Assembly (NCBI GenBank): GCA_965217865.1
Contig: CBDCJO010000002.1
Coordinates: 736,001-800,000, forward strand
Origin: Candidatus Latescibacterota bacterium
Lineage (GTDB): Bacteria; Latescibacterota; UBA2968; SICM01
Direction: 5' to 3'
DNA: 64,000 nt
Of the stretch, positions 38,937-49,131 are shown piece after piece. Numbering within the stretch: position 1 is the first letter of the stretch; each line of letters opens with the position of its first letter. Made by a program: the position numbers and the translations under genes. Under the pieces are notes generated by a model. It was not told the DNA's origin. It did no database searches and saw nothing but the letters and a program-made list of their open reading frames with translations.

Positions 38937-40670
38937 TCACCCATCCGTCGTCATTGAGAACTCCCGGCCCATTTCGTATCCGTCCAGCCGCTTCAGGGGG
39001 ACCACTCGGAAGTAATCGTCTCCCCTTCCCTTCCATGCCCTCAGGTCTTTGCGATGCCCCATCCGCTTTTGGAAGGCCCACTCGCTTGTCCGAAAGTATC
39101 GATTGAAAGTATCCCAGAAGGCCAGTCCGTCGGCACCCGCTTCATAATAATTGATCGCGATCTCACGGAATGCCCTGGGGGGCATCCGGCGCGGATAAAC
39201 ATCGATATAAATCTTGCTCCTCGGATCACGGGGGAGATCTGTGAATTCGCGTATCTTGGATTGAACCCCCGTACCGTCGTGGTTCCCGTAAACGTGCAAA
39301 TGCGCGACCAGATAGTCCACCAGCCCCTCCTTCAACCAGGTCGGGACATCCAGGGCGTGGAACAGAGATTCCGCCAGACTCGATTGGCCGATCTCCGGAA
39401 GCGCACTGCTTAAGTTGACCGGCACCAGGTAGCAGCTGGGAATGTAGCGGCGCTTGGCTTTTCCGACCTCATCCAGCATCTCTCTGATCTCGCGGAGAAA
39501 CTGTGTGACAAAGCTCGCCCGGGTCCGCCATACCCGCTCGTCGTTGATGGGAACCCGGCGCATGTCCTCACCATATTCCTTCTCAAAGGCCTCGCACACC
39601 GGCTGTTCGTAGTAGGCAAACGGCTGGGAGCGGCTGAACAGGGCGTTCACCCCGTCCGCCTTATAGTCCTCCACCCACTCCCGGAACAACCGCACGTAAA
39701 ACGCGCGCACCTCGGGAAAAGCAAACGACAGGTGGCGAATAGGTTCCCCGTCCGCGTACGTGCATCGCAAGTCGAGATGTTCCGCCATGAACATCCCCCC
39801 GTAATTGGCCATAAGATGTTCCGTCGGCAGCTGCGGACCGGAGAACCGATTCTGGGCAAACAGCTTGACGCCGCATTCGTGCGCCGCCGAGATGGCCTCG
39901 GCAAAAGGATCGATCCCCGAATCGACCAATCCGCGCAAAACCCGCCCCATACCTTCCTGGTCGAAATCCGGCCGGATGAACTCCCCGATTTTTGAAGGGT
40001 AGAACGTGATAGGCCCATAGGCCACAGCATACAGGGCGATGTCGAAATCTGATTCCCTGAGAGGTTCAAACTCCGCGATGAAATCCTCGTGTGTCGTAGG
40101 ACCCCACTGGAAGATGTTTCCTCCATCGTAATTGCCTATCAGCAGTTTGGTTTTCTCCGTGGGAAGCTCCGCCTTCCATGCCTCGAGGGCTTTCGGATCC
40201 ATCGGGACCAACCTCACGTAAACGATGCATGATTCTTCGTGCGACATCGTTCCGCGGGTAGGAGGCGAAAAGATCAGCTCCTGACGGGTCAAGTCCGCGC
40301 ATTTCCAGAAAACCTCCGTCACGTCGAAGGCGGTAAAGACCTTTTCCGGATAGCTTCCGTCCTTTCCGGGATCCGACTCCTCCGGGAGGATTCGGTTGAA
40401 GCCTAAGTCGTCCGAAAGTTTGACGCAGAGCGCACGCTGCTTTTTTTGGCCGTTAAACCCACCGTAATAGATCCCCAGGCGGATCTCGTGCCAACCCTCG
40501 ACTTCGGGATTCAGCGTCAGTGGCGGCGCATCGGTGCCAGGCCGCGTGAACAGCATCACCCCCCTGCCCTCTTCCACTTCGTAATCAACGGCAATCCACG
40601 TTCCGTGGCGGCCATCCCTGCTGATGGCCTCCGAAGGCTCACATCGGGTCAGATCGGAAATCCAGATCAT
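38937..40670 (-). CDS. Glycoside-hydrolase-like TIM-barrel protein (DUF187/GHL10-like)
   Basis: IDPFAEAISAAHECGVKL, LSFAFPEVR, YKADGV..FSR, GADGLAFWD; the ORF-track N-terminus is translated tandem repeat. Confidence 0.65.
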   Translation of the reverse strand: MIWISDLTRCEPSEAISRDGRHGTWIAVDYEVEEGRGVMLFTRPGTDAPPLTLNPEVEGWHEIRLGIYYGGFNGQKKQRALCVKLSDDLGFNRILPEESDPGKDGSYPEKVFTAFDVTEVFWKCADLTRQELIFSPPTRGTMSHEESCIVYVRLVPMDPKALEAWKAELPTEKTKLLIGNYDGGNIFQWGPTTHEDFIAEFEPLRESDFDIALYAVAYGPITFYPSKIGEFIRPDFDQEGMGRVLRGLVDSGIDPFAEAISAAHECGVKLFAQNRFSGPQLPTEHLMANYGGMFMAEHLDLRCTYADGEPIRHLSFAFPEVRAFYVRLFREWVEDYKADGVNALFSRSQPFAYYEQPVCEAFEKEYGEDMRRVPINDERVWRTRASFVTQFLREIREMLDEVGKAKRRYIPSCYLVPVNLSSALPEIGQSSLAESLFHALDVPTWLKEGLVDYLVAHLHVYGNHDGTGVQSKIREFTDLPRDPRSKIYIDVYPRRMPPRAFREIAINYYEAGADGLAFWDTFNRYFRTSEWAFQKRMGHRKDLRAWKGRGDDYFRVVPLKRLDGYEMGREFSMTTDG

Positions 40671-40683
40671 AATGCCCCTTCCC

Positions 40684-40873
40684 ATTCGTGATTCGTGATT
40701 CGTGATTCGTGATTCGTGATTCGTGATTCGTGATTCGTGATTCGTGATTCGTGATTCGTGATTCGTGATTCGTGATTCGTGATTCGTGATTCGTGATTCG
40801 TGATTCGTGATTCGTTTAATGAATGCAATGAGAATCGTGATTCGTGATTCGTTTAATGAATGCAATGAGAATC
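40684..40873. repeat. Perfect heptamer array (ATTCGTG)x18 plus partial unit, followed by a 37-bp tandem duplication
   Basis: Counted 40684-40815; TTAATGAATGCAATGAGAATC occurs twice 37 nt apart. Confidence 0.95.
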
Positions 40874-40969
40874 TTTTGAGGAATAGTCAAATGTTTTTTT
40901 GAATGGATTTGGATTATTTGCCTTTCCGATCCCCGAATCACGATCCCGGTCGTTTGCACTTACCTCTTC

Positions 40970-42058
40970 TCATTCAAAACTCTGCTTTTCGACCAAATAC
41001 TTCCCCACCGCCTTCTGATTCAGACTGTAGCCCAGTCCCGGCCGATCCGGGACTAAATAGCAGCCATCCTCCAGGACGAAAGGTTCGTTCACCAGTGTGT
41101 CCTCCCAAGCCAGGGGACCGATCATGTCATGGGGCTGGGTCATATGGGGCATGCAGGAGGCCACGTGAAGAGCGATGGCAACACCGGGCCCATAGGCCAC
41201 GGTCTGAGACCAGCCCCCGAGGCCAAGCTGATGGGCAAGGCGGGACCATCCCACGGCCTCGAAAGGGCTTTCCGCCCCGAGGATGGCGTAATCGAGCGCC
41301 TGAGCTTGAAACACATGAACCAGATCTTCGCCCCGGAGGTGATCCCCGATCGGGATCCGGATCGATTCCCGAAGACGACACATTTCGGAATAAGAACCTC
41401 CCTTTGCCGGTCTGGGAATGGGGCTCTCCAGACAGTCGATCCGGTAGCCCTCCAACCGATTGGCAAGCTCCTGCGCGACCCGTACCTCCCGAAGACGCCA
41501 CCGCACGTCGGGCCTCACGATCATTTCTGGCGTGACATTCTGGATGGCCTCCACCCGATCCGTCACGTACCGAATCCGCTTTTCGGGTGTGTCTTCATCC
41601 GGCGTAATGCACTTCATCTTGTAAGCCCGAAAACCATGCTCCCATCCCCACAGGACATCCTGGGCCGTGTGTTCGGCCGTCTTGTAACCCGTGCACTGCG
41701 TGACGAAGATTCGATCCCGGAGACGTCCACCGAGCAACTGCCAGATCGGGACCCTGAGCGCTTGCCCGCGAAGGTCCAGGACGATCTGTTCGAAATACCC
41801 GGGAAACGGAACCTTTGTATCGGGGTGGTTCACCTTCAGAACGTCCTTGCCCGACCAATCCCCTATGGACGTCTTTATCTCAAGCAGGGGTACGTCGGAA
41901 TGCAGCTCGGACAGACCCGTCAAGCCTTCGTCGGTCTCAGCTTCTACCAGATAGCGATCCCGGGTTTGATGTTCCGGTTGGCCATATACGTCGTCCGACC
42001 ACCACCATCGGCGTTCCGGGACATTCACCACATACAGGTTGACGCGAGTAATTTTCAA
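40970..42058 (-). CDS. Enolase-superfamily (mandelate racemase/MLE) enzyme
   Basis: LDLRGQALRVPIWQLLGG, YKMK, RPD, LESP, IGDH, PDRPGLG. Confidence 0.85.
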   Translation of the reverse strand: MKITRVNLYVVNVPERRWWWSDDVYGQPEHQTRDRYLVEAETDEGLTGLSELHSDVPLLEIKTSIGDWSGKDVLKVNHPDTKVPFPGYFEQIVLDLRGQALRVPIWQLLGGRLRDRIFVTQCTGYKTAEHTAQDVLWGWEHGFRAYKMKCITPDEDTPEKRIRYVTDRVEAIQNVTPEMIVRPDVRWRLREVRVAQELANRLEGYRIDCLESPIPRPAKGGSYSEMCRLRESIRIPIGDHLRGEDLVHVFQAQALDYAILGAESPFEAVGWSRLAHQLGLGGWSQTVAYGPGVAIALHVASCMPHMTQPHDMIGPLAWEDTLVNEPFVLEDGCYLVPDRPGLGYSLNQKAVGKYLVEKQSFE

Positions 42059-42238
42059 AAAACCCCTCGAACCCGCCGGCGATTGGTCTGATACGCATCC
42101 CCAAATCTACGATCGGGATTGGCGTAAATTAGATCAATATACACCTTGATTCGCCGGGTGTCCAGTCATTAGCGCCTGTCTCATGGAAGGGTCACCGGGG
42201 GACCTCACCCTCCCGCGGAAATTATACCCATAATCGTC

Positions 42239-42267
42239 TTGACAGTCATGTCAGATCTATTTACATT
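42239..42267 (+). promoter_or_regulatory. sigma70-like promoter of the sulfatase gene with TGACA-N4-TGTCA palindrome over the -35
   Basis: TTGACA-N17-TACATT. Confidence 0.6.
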
Positions 42268-42338
42268 CGCGTTTCCAATCGTATTTTTTCTTACCTGGAT
42301 CACCTAATTTGTGACCGCAGATACAGGACCACTAGGTC

Positions 42339-43799
42339 ATGCCCTCACCCAATCTCTTATTCATATTCACCGATCAGCAGCGGTGGGACACCCTGGGTGC
42401 CTACGGCAACCCAAGAATATCGACCCCCCACCTCGACCGGCTGGCCGCAGATTCGATCCTTTTCCGCAAGGCCTACGTATCCCAACCCGTCTGCACGCCT
42501 TCCCGTTCGACCCTGGTGACGGGCCTCTACCCCCATACAAACGGCTGCATCTCCAACAACATCGCCTTGGCCGAGAAGGTACACGCATTCCCGGAGATGA
42601 TGACCGCGGGGAACTACGAAACCGCATACATCGGGAAGTGGCATCTCGGGGACGAGATCTTCCCTCAACACGGTTTTAAACACTGGGAGAGCATCGAGGA
42701 CAATTATTGGAAATTCTACTCGTCCCCCGAGAATATGCCCGTCAATTGCAGCTATTATCATTTCCTGAAGAAGCACGGATTTCAACCCGATGTCCGACAC
42801 GGGGACTTCACCTGTTTTTCCCGGTTCTTCGCAACCCGCGTCCCCGAGGACTACAGCAAGCCGGGTTTCATCGCGGAGGAGACCTGTCGTTTTATCGACG
42901 AGAACCGTTCCAGCCCGTTTATCCTGTTCGTGAATTTCCTCGAACCCCACAGCCCGTTTTTCAGCTGTCTGGATGACCTCTACGATCCCGCGGATGTGAT
43001 TCTGCCATCAAATTTTTGCGCGAACATGACAGAGGATGTCCCGTTAAGGACCCGATTGTCCAGTGAGAGAGCACGTCGCACCGGGGATTCCTGGCCATGG
43101 CCTCTGGAGGACGAAAGCGAATGGCGAAAATTCATCGCCCACTACTGGGGATCCGTCAGTCTGGTGGACAGGAGTGTGGGACGGATCCTTACGACCCTTG
43201 ATAATTGTGACCTGAACCGGAATACGATCGTGGTATTCACGAGCGACCACGGGGACATGATGGGCAGTCACGGAATGATCGAGAAGTCTGTCATGTACGA
43301 GGAAGCCGTCAGGATTCCCTTGATCCTCCGAACACCGCAGCTTGGTTTTGAAAAACGCGTCGTGGATCAACCGATAAGCCAGGTGGATCTGGTACCCACC
43401 CTCCTTAGCATGATGGGTCAGGCCGTCCCGGATCACCTCGAAGGGACGGACCGTTACCCATTCCTCAAAGGCCAGGCCGATTGGGGACTCGAAGATGTGT
43501 TCATGGAGTGGAACGGTACAGCCGCAGATCCCGAACCCGACGAATTTCCGGACCTTGTCTCCCCTGAGCAGATCTCCGCGATCCAGGGCAAACGCGTGCG
43601 AACAGTCCTGACGGGTGATGGCTGGAAGTTCAACTGGAACGAGACCGGAGAACACGAGCTCTATTTCCTGAAAGACGATCCCGGCGAGTTGACCAACCTG
43701 TATTCAGACGAAAAACATACCGCAGTCTTGGCGGACCTTAAGGAGCGTATTCGGAAATGGCAGGACAGGACAGGAGACACGGTAGAAATCGGGGACTAG
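42339..43799 (+). CDS. Formylglycine-dependent (S1) sulfatase
   Basis: PNLLFIFTDQQR, CTPSR, GKWHLG, TSDHG, K(S)VMYEE. Confidence 0.95.
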   Translation: MPSPNLLFIFTDQQRWDTLGAYGNPRISTPHLDRLAADSILFRKAYVSQPVCTPSRSTLVTGLYPHTNGCISNNIALAEKVHAFPEMMTAGNYETAYIGKWHLGDEIFPQHGFKHWESIEDNYWKFYSSPENMPVNCSYYHFLKKHGFQPDVRHGDFTCFSRFFATRVPEDYSKPGFIAEETCRFIDENRSSPFILFVNFLEPHSPFFSCLDDLYDPADVILPSNFCANMTEDVPLRTRLSSERARRTGDSWPWPLEDESEWRKFIAHYWGSVSLVDRSVGRILTTLDNCDLNRNTIVVFTSDHGDMMGSHGMIEKSVMYEEAVRIPLILRTPQLGFEKRVVDQPISQVDLVPTLLSMMGQAVPDHLEGTDRYPFLKGQADWGLEDVFMEWNGTAADPEPDEFPDLVSPEQISAIQGKRVRTVLTGDGWKFNWNETGEHELYFLKDDPGELTNLYSDEKHTAVLADLKERIRKWQDRTGDTVEIGD

Positions 43800-43979
43800 G
43801 GGTCGGGGAACGTGAGACGTCAGACGTGAGATGTGAAACGTGAAAAGAAGCAGTAGCAGGAAGAGCAAAGGCGGGGGCCAGAGGTCGGAGGTCGGGGAAA
43901 AGCCACGAGGTTTATCGGTTTCTCTTCGTCTTTGGGACAGTTCAAATTAAATATGTCATCCTACTATGTTAAAAGTCAA

Positions 43980-44190
43980 AGGGAATCTACAGATTGTTGC
44001 CTCACCGCTTTCAAACCCAACCAGCCTACTATTCGAGGTCACACGAAGCGCCACAAGTTATCGATCCGGAGGATTTTGGAGAGGATTCGGCACACTGAGC
44101 CACGGAGTAATCTAAAGCTCTTCAAGGATGACAACGCCGTTCCTCCCTCCGGATCGAAAGAGGTGTTTAAAAAGGGTGCGGACAGTCGTT
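43980..44190 (-). ncRNA. Putative bridge/seek RNA of the IS110 element
   Basis: 12-bp stem 44061-44072/44146-44157 encloses TGTCATCCT and GGCTCAG (minus strand), which match the reconstructed target; boundaries approximate. Confidence 0.7.
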
Positions 44191-44194
44191 AGGC

Positions 44195-45259
44195 TTAAAC
44201 CAGTCCCAGCACATAGGGCTCTTTGCGAATCAGGATCCCTCGGAGCCGAATAATTAGAATCCTGGCAATCGCGACAATAGCTCGTTTGGATCCGGCCCGA
44301 GTTTTGATCCGGTCATACTTTTCTCTCATCGCACCATCTTTTTTGATGACTCGCCATGCGGCCTCAACCAACAGGCACCGTAAGCTGGATCTGCCCTGAC
44401 GCGTGATGTGTCCAAACCGGAGGTTTTCCCCACTCGAATATTGTGAAGGCGTTAAGCCTATATAAGCGGCCAACTGATCAGCCTTTCGAAATCGTGCGAC
44501 GTCCTGCAGTTCCAACAGGAGCTCCATGGCACTGATCCAACCGATACCTGGCGTAGAGGTCAGGATCTCCACGCGATCCCGATATCCATCGCTTTTTGAA
44601 AGTTCCTTCAGCAGGTTCGTCTGCTTTTCGATCTGCTCTGACTGGAAGTCGAATTCATTCAGCAAGGTCTGAAAACATTCTTGCTGATACCGATTCTGAA
44701 ACCTGAAGGCTCTCAACTTATCGATAAAGACCTGGCTCCATTTGCCACTCGATTCTCGAGGCAATTCAATCCCATTCACCCGAAGCTCTGCTTTGATCCG
44801 ATTTTGAGTCCGAACCCGATTGCCGATGCACTGACGACGACGCCTGGACACTTGCCGATGCGCACGCTCTTCCACAGTCGGAACATATATGGCCTCTAAC
44901 TGGCCAGACTGTAGGCACTCAGCTAACTTTCCGCTATCCAGACGATCATTTTTCACCCGACTACCAGAGCGTTGAGGAATCAAATGAGGAGGCGTCACCC
45001 GCGCATCTACCCCATATTCGATCAGCCGATCATATACCCAAAACCCAAAATATCCTGCCTCGTAGACGACCGAGATCTGTCCCGCGTCGGAGAACCGGGA
45101 CAACAATCGCTCCAGGTCCTCCCAACGGCCACCAATGTTGTTGGAAAAAAGGACCAAACCATCTTCGGATCGAATGGTCACGTGCCAACTTTTGCGATGA
45201 AGATCGATAACCATAAAAAGACACTTGCCTTTCCAGGCCTGTTTCGAATATCTTCCCAT
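44195..45259 (-). CDS. IS110 family transposase/recombinase
   Basis: DEDD RuvC (IDLH, YEAG, KNDRLD), PGIG, GLTPSQYSSG (catalytic Ser), AIVAIAR; GGAGG RBS before ATG 45259. Confidence 0.95.
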   Translation of the reverse strand: MGRYSKQAWKGKCLFMVIDLHRKSWHVTIRSEDGLVLFSNNIGGRWEDLERLLSRFSDAGQISVVYEAGYFGFWVYDRLIEYGVDARVTPPHLIPQRSGSRVKNDRLDSGKLAECLQSGQLEAIYVPTVEERAHRQVSRRRRQCIGNRVRTQNRIKAELRVNGIELPRESSGKWSQVFIDKLRAFRFQNRYQQECFQTLLNEFDFQSEQIEKQTNLLKELSKSDGYRDRVEILTSTPGIGWISAMELLLELQDVARFRKADQLAAYIGLTPSQYSSGENLRFGHITRQGRSSLRCLLVEAAWRVIKKDGAMREKYDRIKTRAGSKRAIVAIARILIIRLRGILIRKEPYVLGLV

Positions 45260-45419
45260 CTTGAGCCTCCTGTGAGAGAGAGTTATTGTGAATCTACGGG
45301 ATTTCCAATAAACATATCCTCTCAAGCAGTGAGGCTCAACTACTTTTAACATAGTGACTGAGCCCCTTCACCGCGTTCAGGATAAACTCCGGCGAAGGAT
45401 CTCGATTTATGAGGTTTTT

Positions 45420-46319
45420 ATGGACAACATGTTCTTGAGATGGTGGGGATGCGGGGCGTTCGAGATTATCATGGGCGACGTCAATATCGCCGTAGATCCG
45501 TATCTGTTCGGGGAAAATTTGGAAAAGGCCGAGCCTATCTTCGATTATATCTTCATCAGCCACGAGCACTTCGACCACTGCCATCCCCCGACTCTGCAGA
45601 AGCTCTGCAAAGGGGACCGGTTCAAGAAAATCTTCGTGAACATCGGCTGCCTGACACCCAATGAACCGATCGACAAAAACTACGGAGACGCGGCCTTCGC
45701 TCGAGACCTTCCGATTAACAAACACATCCCGGCGGAGATGATCCAGGTCATCTATCCCAAGTACCTGTCAGACGACGAGCGAAGTTTTCCGGGACCGTTT
45801 GAGGCGGACCTCGGGCCCATCCGCATGGAAGCGGTCGAGAGCGGTGAGAACTCTCGGCCGGACCTGCCGACCTGCGGATACATGATCACCCACACCGAAA
45901 AGAACGTCTCCTTCTATCACATGGGGGACTTGACCAAGAATTTTCCCGCGCTCGAAAACCTGAAAGGCCGGGTGGACTTCCTGGTCCATATGAAACTCGG
46001 GACCCTCATGAAACCGGGGAAAGGTCGCGGAATATGGGATGTCATGTCGGACTTTATCGACATCGTACAACCCCGCTTCTTTATTCCCACACACTACCGG
46101 ACAGACAGCACTTCGGATCCGATACCCCACGGGCACTGGCCCCCGAACCTGACGGATACGAACGCATACTTCGAAGACCTGAGGGATCACATTGGGGACC
46201 GGACCCGGATACTTCCGTTCACAGCCGGAGTTCAATACGAAGTCGAAATGCCCTCAAAGAAGGTCAAGTGGGCGTGGGACTTCTTCAACACCTGGGATGT
46301 CCCACCCTGGAGGGGATAA
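45420..46319 (+). CDS. MBL-fold metallo-hydrolase
   Basis: VDPY, ISHEHFDHC, YHMGD, IPTHY; ATG 45420 after GAGG. Confidence 0.85.
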   Translation: MDNMFLRWWGCGAFEIIMGDVNIAVDPYLFGENLEKAEPIFDYIFISHEHFDHCHPPTLQKLCKGDRFKKIFVNIGCLTPNEPIDKNYGDAAFARDLPINKHIPAEMIQVIYPKYLSDDERSFPGPFEADLGPIRMEAVESGENSRPDLPTCGYMITHTEKNVSFYHMGDLTKNFPALENLKGRVDFLVHMKLGTLMKPGKGRGIWDVMSDFIDIVQPRFFIPTHYRTDSTSDPIPHGHWPPNLTDTNAYFEDLRDHIGDRTRILPFTAGVQYEVEMPSKKVKWAWDFFNTWDVPPWRG

Positions 46320-46320
46320 G

Positions 46321-47247
46321 ATGGGAGGATGGATTGCGAAAAGCCCCATGCCCACACCGCGGCACGATCTGCAGGCGATCCCCGTCGGAAACCGGATCTA
46401 CGCAATCTCAGGCGGAGACGACATCACCACGGAGGTCGTGGAGATATACGATGTGACCGAGGACCGGTGGACATCGGGACCCGCCATCCCGACCAAAAGA
46501 GGGTGGTCCGGATCTGCCCTCCTGGACGATTTGATCTACATCATCGCGGGCAAAACAATCCAGACCCCGGAGGAAAAATCCCGGACCAGGGATGACGGGA
46601 ATTATACCATCAGGAATACGGTTGAGGTCCTGGACCTGAACAGCGGTATCTGGTTATCCCGGAAACCTCTGAGCGCGTCCAGGGCTGGCCTGGCGGCCAC
46701 GGTTTGCAAAGGAAGGATCTATGCGATCGGCGGAAATACCATGGACAACGAGCAGCGGAACCACGGGACCATCCTGGAAAGAGTTGAAATATACGAACCG
46801 GGTATCGACACGTGGTCCCCGGGGGTGCCCCTCCCCGTGGCTGTTCAGGGACCCGTCGTGACCACGATAGATGATCGGATCTACGTCACCGCAGGAAGAT
46901 CGAACGAGGGGGTATTCCCGGCCTACTGCCTGGTCTTCGACCCGGAGACTCAAAAATGGGGCGACCTGGCCCCCATTCCGACCCCCCGATGCGACCCCGG
47001 TTCCGTTGTTGTAGATCGACGAATCTATACATTCGGAGGATGGGGGCCGAACCGTTATTACGATAACGTCGAAATATACGATATCGACTCGGACACCTGG
47101 TCATCCGATGCACCCCTTCCCGAGAAGAAGGCCTGGATGGGAGCGGCGGCCGTGGGAGATCGGATCTTCGTCATGGGCGGTGCTTATAAAAAGACGGACG
47201 GACCGGGATTCAAGTGGATCGATGACCTTCACGAGTTCGTCATGTAA
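46321..47247 (+). CDS. Kelch-repeat protein
   Basis: Six repeats of R...IYxxGG...VEIYD...W; ATG 46321 follows the previous stop. Confidence 0.9.
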   Translation: MGGWIAKSPMPTPRHDLQAIPVGNRIYAISGGDDITTEVVEIYDVTEDRWTSGPAIPTKRGWSGSALLDDLIYIIAGKTIQTPEEKSRTRDDGNYTIRNTVEVLDLNSGIWLSRKPLSASRAGLAATVCKGRIYAIGGNTMDNEQRNHGTILERVEIYEPGIDTWSPGVPLPVAVQGPVVTTIDDRIYVTAGRSNEGVFPAYCLVFDPETQKWGDLAPIPTPRCDPGSVVVDRRIYTFGGWGPNRYYDNVEIYDIDSDTWSSDAPLPEKKAWMGAAAVGDRIFVMGGAYKKTDGPGFKWIDDLHEFVM

Positions 47248-47392
47248 GGCAGGCACGTGATTCGTTAAGAATCGATGCGAAAAATTTTTTGAACGGTCAA
47301 GGATTTTAATCGATAGGATTCGGGCTTTTCCGAGTCACGAGTCACGATCCACGGACCCCGGCTTTTCCGATCCACGGAATAGAGACTTCCTT

Positions 47393-48271
47393 ATGGCTAT
47401 GATTACGATGGGGGATGTCAAGCCCCTCTTCGACGCAACCTCCCTCTTAAGCGATCCGATCCGCTTACAGGATCGCGCTCGCCAGGAGGGATACCTCTAT
47501 TTTAAGGGATTGATCGATCCTCTCCCGATCTTGAAACTCCGACAGCAGATCCTCCAGGTTTGCCTCGAGCAAGGGTGGCTCGACGACGGCTTCCCCCTCG
47601 ACGAAGGCATTGTCAAAAAAGGCGTGTCCTATGTCGAATCCGACACTCCCGATTGGCGTTCCTTCTATTGCGACGTACAGAAACACCATGATTTTCACGC
47701 CCTTGCGCTTCACCCCTCCCTTCTCGATATGTTCGAAAAACTTTTCGGCGAGGGCGTACTCCCTCACAGCCGCAATATTTGTCGGGCGATTTTTCCTGCT
47801 TCGGAAACCTTTACCACACCCCCTCACCAGGATCACTTTCCGATAGGGGGAACCGAAGAGTCCTGGACCGCGTGGATCCCCATTGGGGATTGTGGTGCGG
47901 AGATGGGGGGACTGGCGGTTGCGCCGGGATCTCAACGTCGGGGATTTCTGGAAGTCCATTCCGCTAAGGGCGCGGGGGGGCGTACCGTGGATGTAGAAGC
48001 CGATGCCACCTGGGCAAGCGGGGACATGCTTTGCGGAGACGTGTTGATCTTTCACAGCCTGACGGTTCACCAGGGACGTGACAATCAGACTCCGGATCGG
48101 CTGCGCGTCTCCTGTGACTTCCGATACCAGCCTATGAGCCATCCCGTTCGTGAGGCCTCGCTTCTTCCCCATATGAGGTGGCAAACCTGGGACGAAATTT
48201 ACGAATCGTGGCCCCAAGACGATCCTGTCAGGTATTACTGGAAGGACTGGGATCTGAACGTCGTTCCGTGA
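47393..48271 (+). CDS. Phytanoyl-CoA dioxygenase (PhyH) family protein
   Basis: EGYLYF, PHQD, WIPIGD, GDVLIFHSLTVH. Confidence 0.9.
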   Translation: MAMITMGDVKPLFDATSLLSDPIRLQDRARQEGYLYFKGLIDPLPILKLRQQILQVCLEQGWLDDGFPLDEGIVKKGVSYVESDTPDWRSFYCDVQKHHDFHALALHPSLLDMFEKLFGEGVLPHSRNICRAIFPASETFTTPPHQDHFPIGGTEESWTAWIPIGDCGAEMGGLAVAPGSQRRGFLEVHSAKGAGGRTVDVEADATWASGDMLCGDVLIFHSLTVHQGRDNQTPDRLRVSCDFRYQPMSHPVREASLLPHMRWQTWDEIYESWPQDDPVRYYWKDWDLNVVP

Positions 48272-48291
48272 ACGGTCTTTTTAGAGGGACT

Positions 48292-49131
48292 ATGGATTCA
48301 CCGCGTATCGACAATCGGGACTGGTCCGCGTTAACCCTCGGCGAACGCATCCACCAGATCGAAGTCGAGGGTTATCTTTTGATCCCCAACCAGCTGACAC
48401 CCGATCATATCGCTCAATTGAAGGAAGAGACCGCCAAACTGGAAACCTACCACACCGACTACAGCGTTCATCAGAGGGGCCACAAAGAAATGGAGAAGGA
48501 GGCCGGTCTTTTCGTGGATCTGATCGCCCACCCCCCCATGGTGGCCTTCCTGAAAGAACTCTTCGGTGAAGATATCCAGATGTCTCACTATACCTACTCC
48601 CGTTCGGAACCCGGCCATCCCGGCATCAGCTTACACACCGACGGACAACCCTACGGCTCCAAAATCTTCGGCTTCGAGGGCAGCGTTCCCTGCATGGTTC
48701 GTGTCCTCTATTACCTGGATGACCTCACCCCCGACATATCTCCATTTCGTGTGGTGCCGAGGTCACACCTGTCCATGCACCGGGATGGGAATCCGTACAA
48801 ACGCTACAATACTCACCCGGAAGAGGTGATGGTCACGGGTAAAGCCGGCGACGCCGTACTCATCAGTCACACGGTCTTCCACGGCAACTACCCCAACACC
48901 GGAGACAGGCCCCGTGAGATGCTCGCAATCGCCTACCGGCCCGCCTGGGCCGGACCTGTCGATAAAGTGGATGACTGGGATCCCGAACTTGTGGCCACGC
49001 TACCGGAGGCGGTTCGGCCCTTCTTCGGAGACCGCAACTCGCGTGAATGGGATTGGGGGGGTGCGAACAAACCTCCTAACATGACCGACGAAGCTCCGGG
49101 AATCGATCCCAGCCGGTGGGAGAGAAAATAG
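48292..49131 (+). CDS. PhyH family protein
   Basis: EGYLLI, LHTD, YYLDD, VVPRSH, VFHG; ATG 48292. Confidence 0.88.
   Translation: MDSPRIDNRDWSALTLGERIHQIEVEGYLLIPNQLTPDHIAQLKEETAKLETYHTDYSVHQRGHKEMEKEAGLFVDLIAHPPMVAFLKELFGEDIQMSHYTYSRSEPGHPGISLHTDGQPYGSKIFGFEGSVPCMVRVLYYLDDLTPDISPFRVVPRSHLSMHRDGNPYKRYNTHPEEVMVTGKAGDAVLISHTVFHGNYPNTGDRPREMLAIAYRPAWAGPVDKVDDWDPELVATLPEAVRPFFGDRNSREWDWGGANKPPNMTDEAPGIDPSRWERK

Larger units (their letters stand above)
43963..45359 (-). mobile_element. IS110-family element, IS1111-like organisation
   Basis: Perfect 14-bp IRs ACTATGTTAAAAGT (43963-43976) and ACTTTTAACATAGT (45342-45355); CT dinucleotide at both junctions; long non-coding end downstream of the transposase. 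Confidence 0.88.

Noticed and set aside
40686-40865. (RITNHES)n N-terminal protein domain
   Set aside because: Translation of a DNA heptamer array; a better start with RBS lies at 40670.
45260-45419. ORF-track N-terminal extensions of the IS110 transposase and MBL gene
   Set aside because: They run through the IS end and REP remnant; RBS-supported starts are 45259 and 45420.
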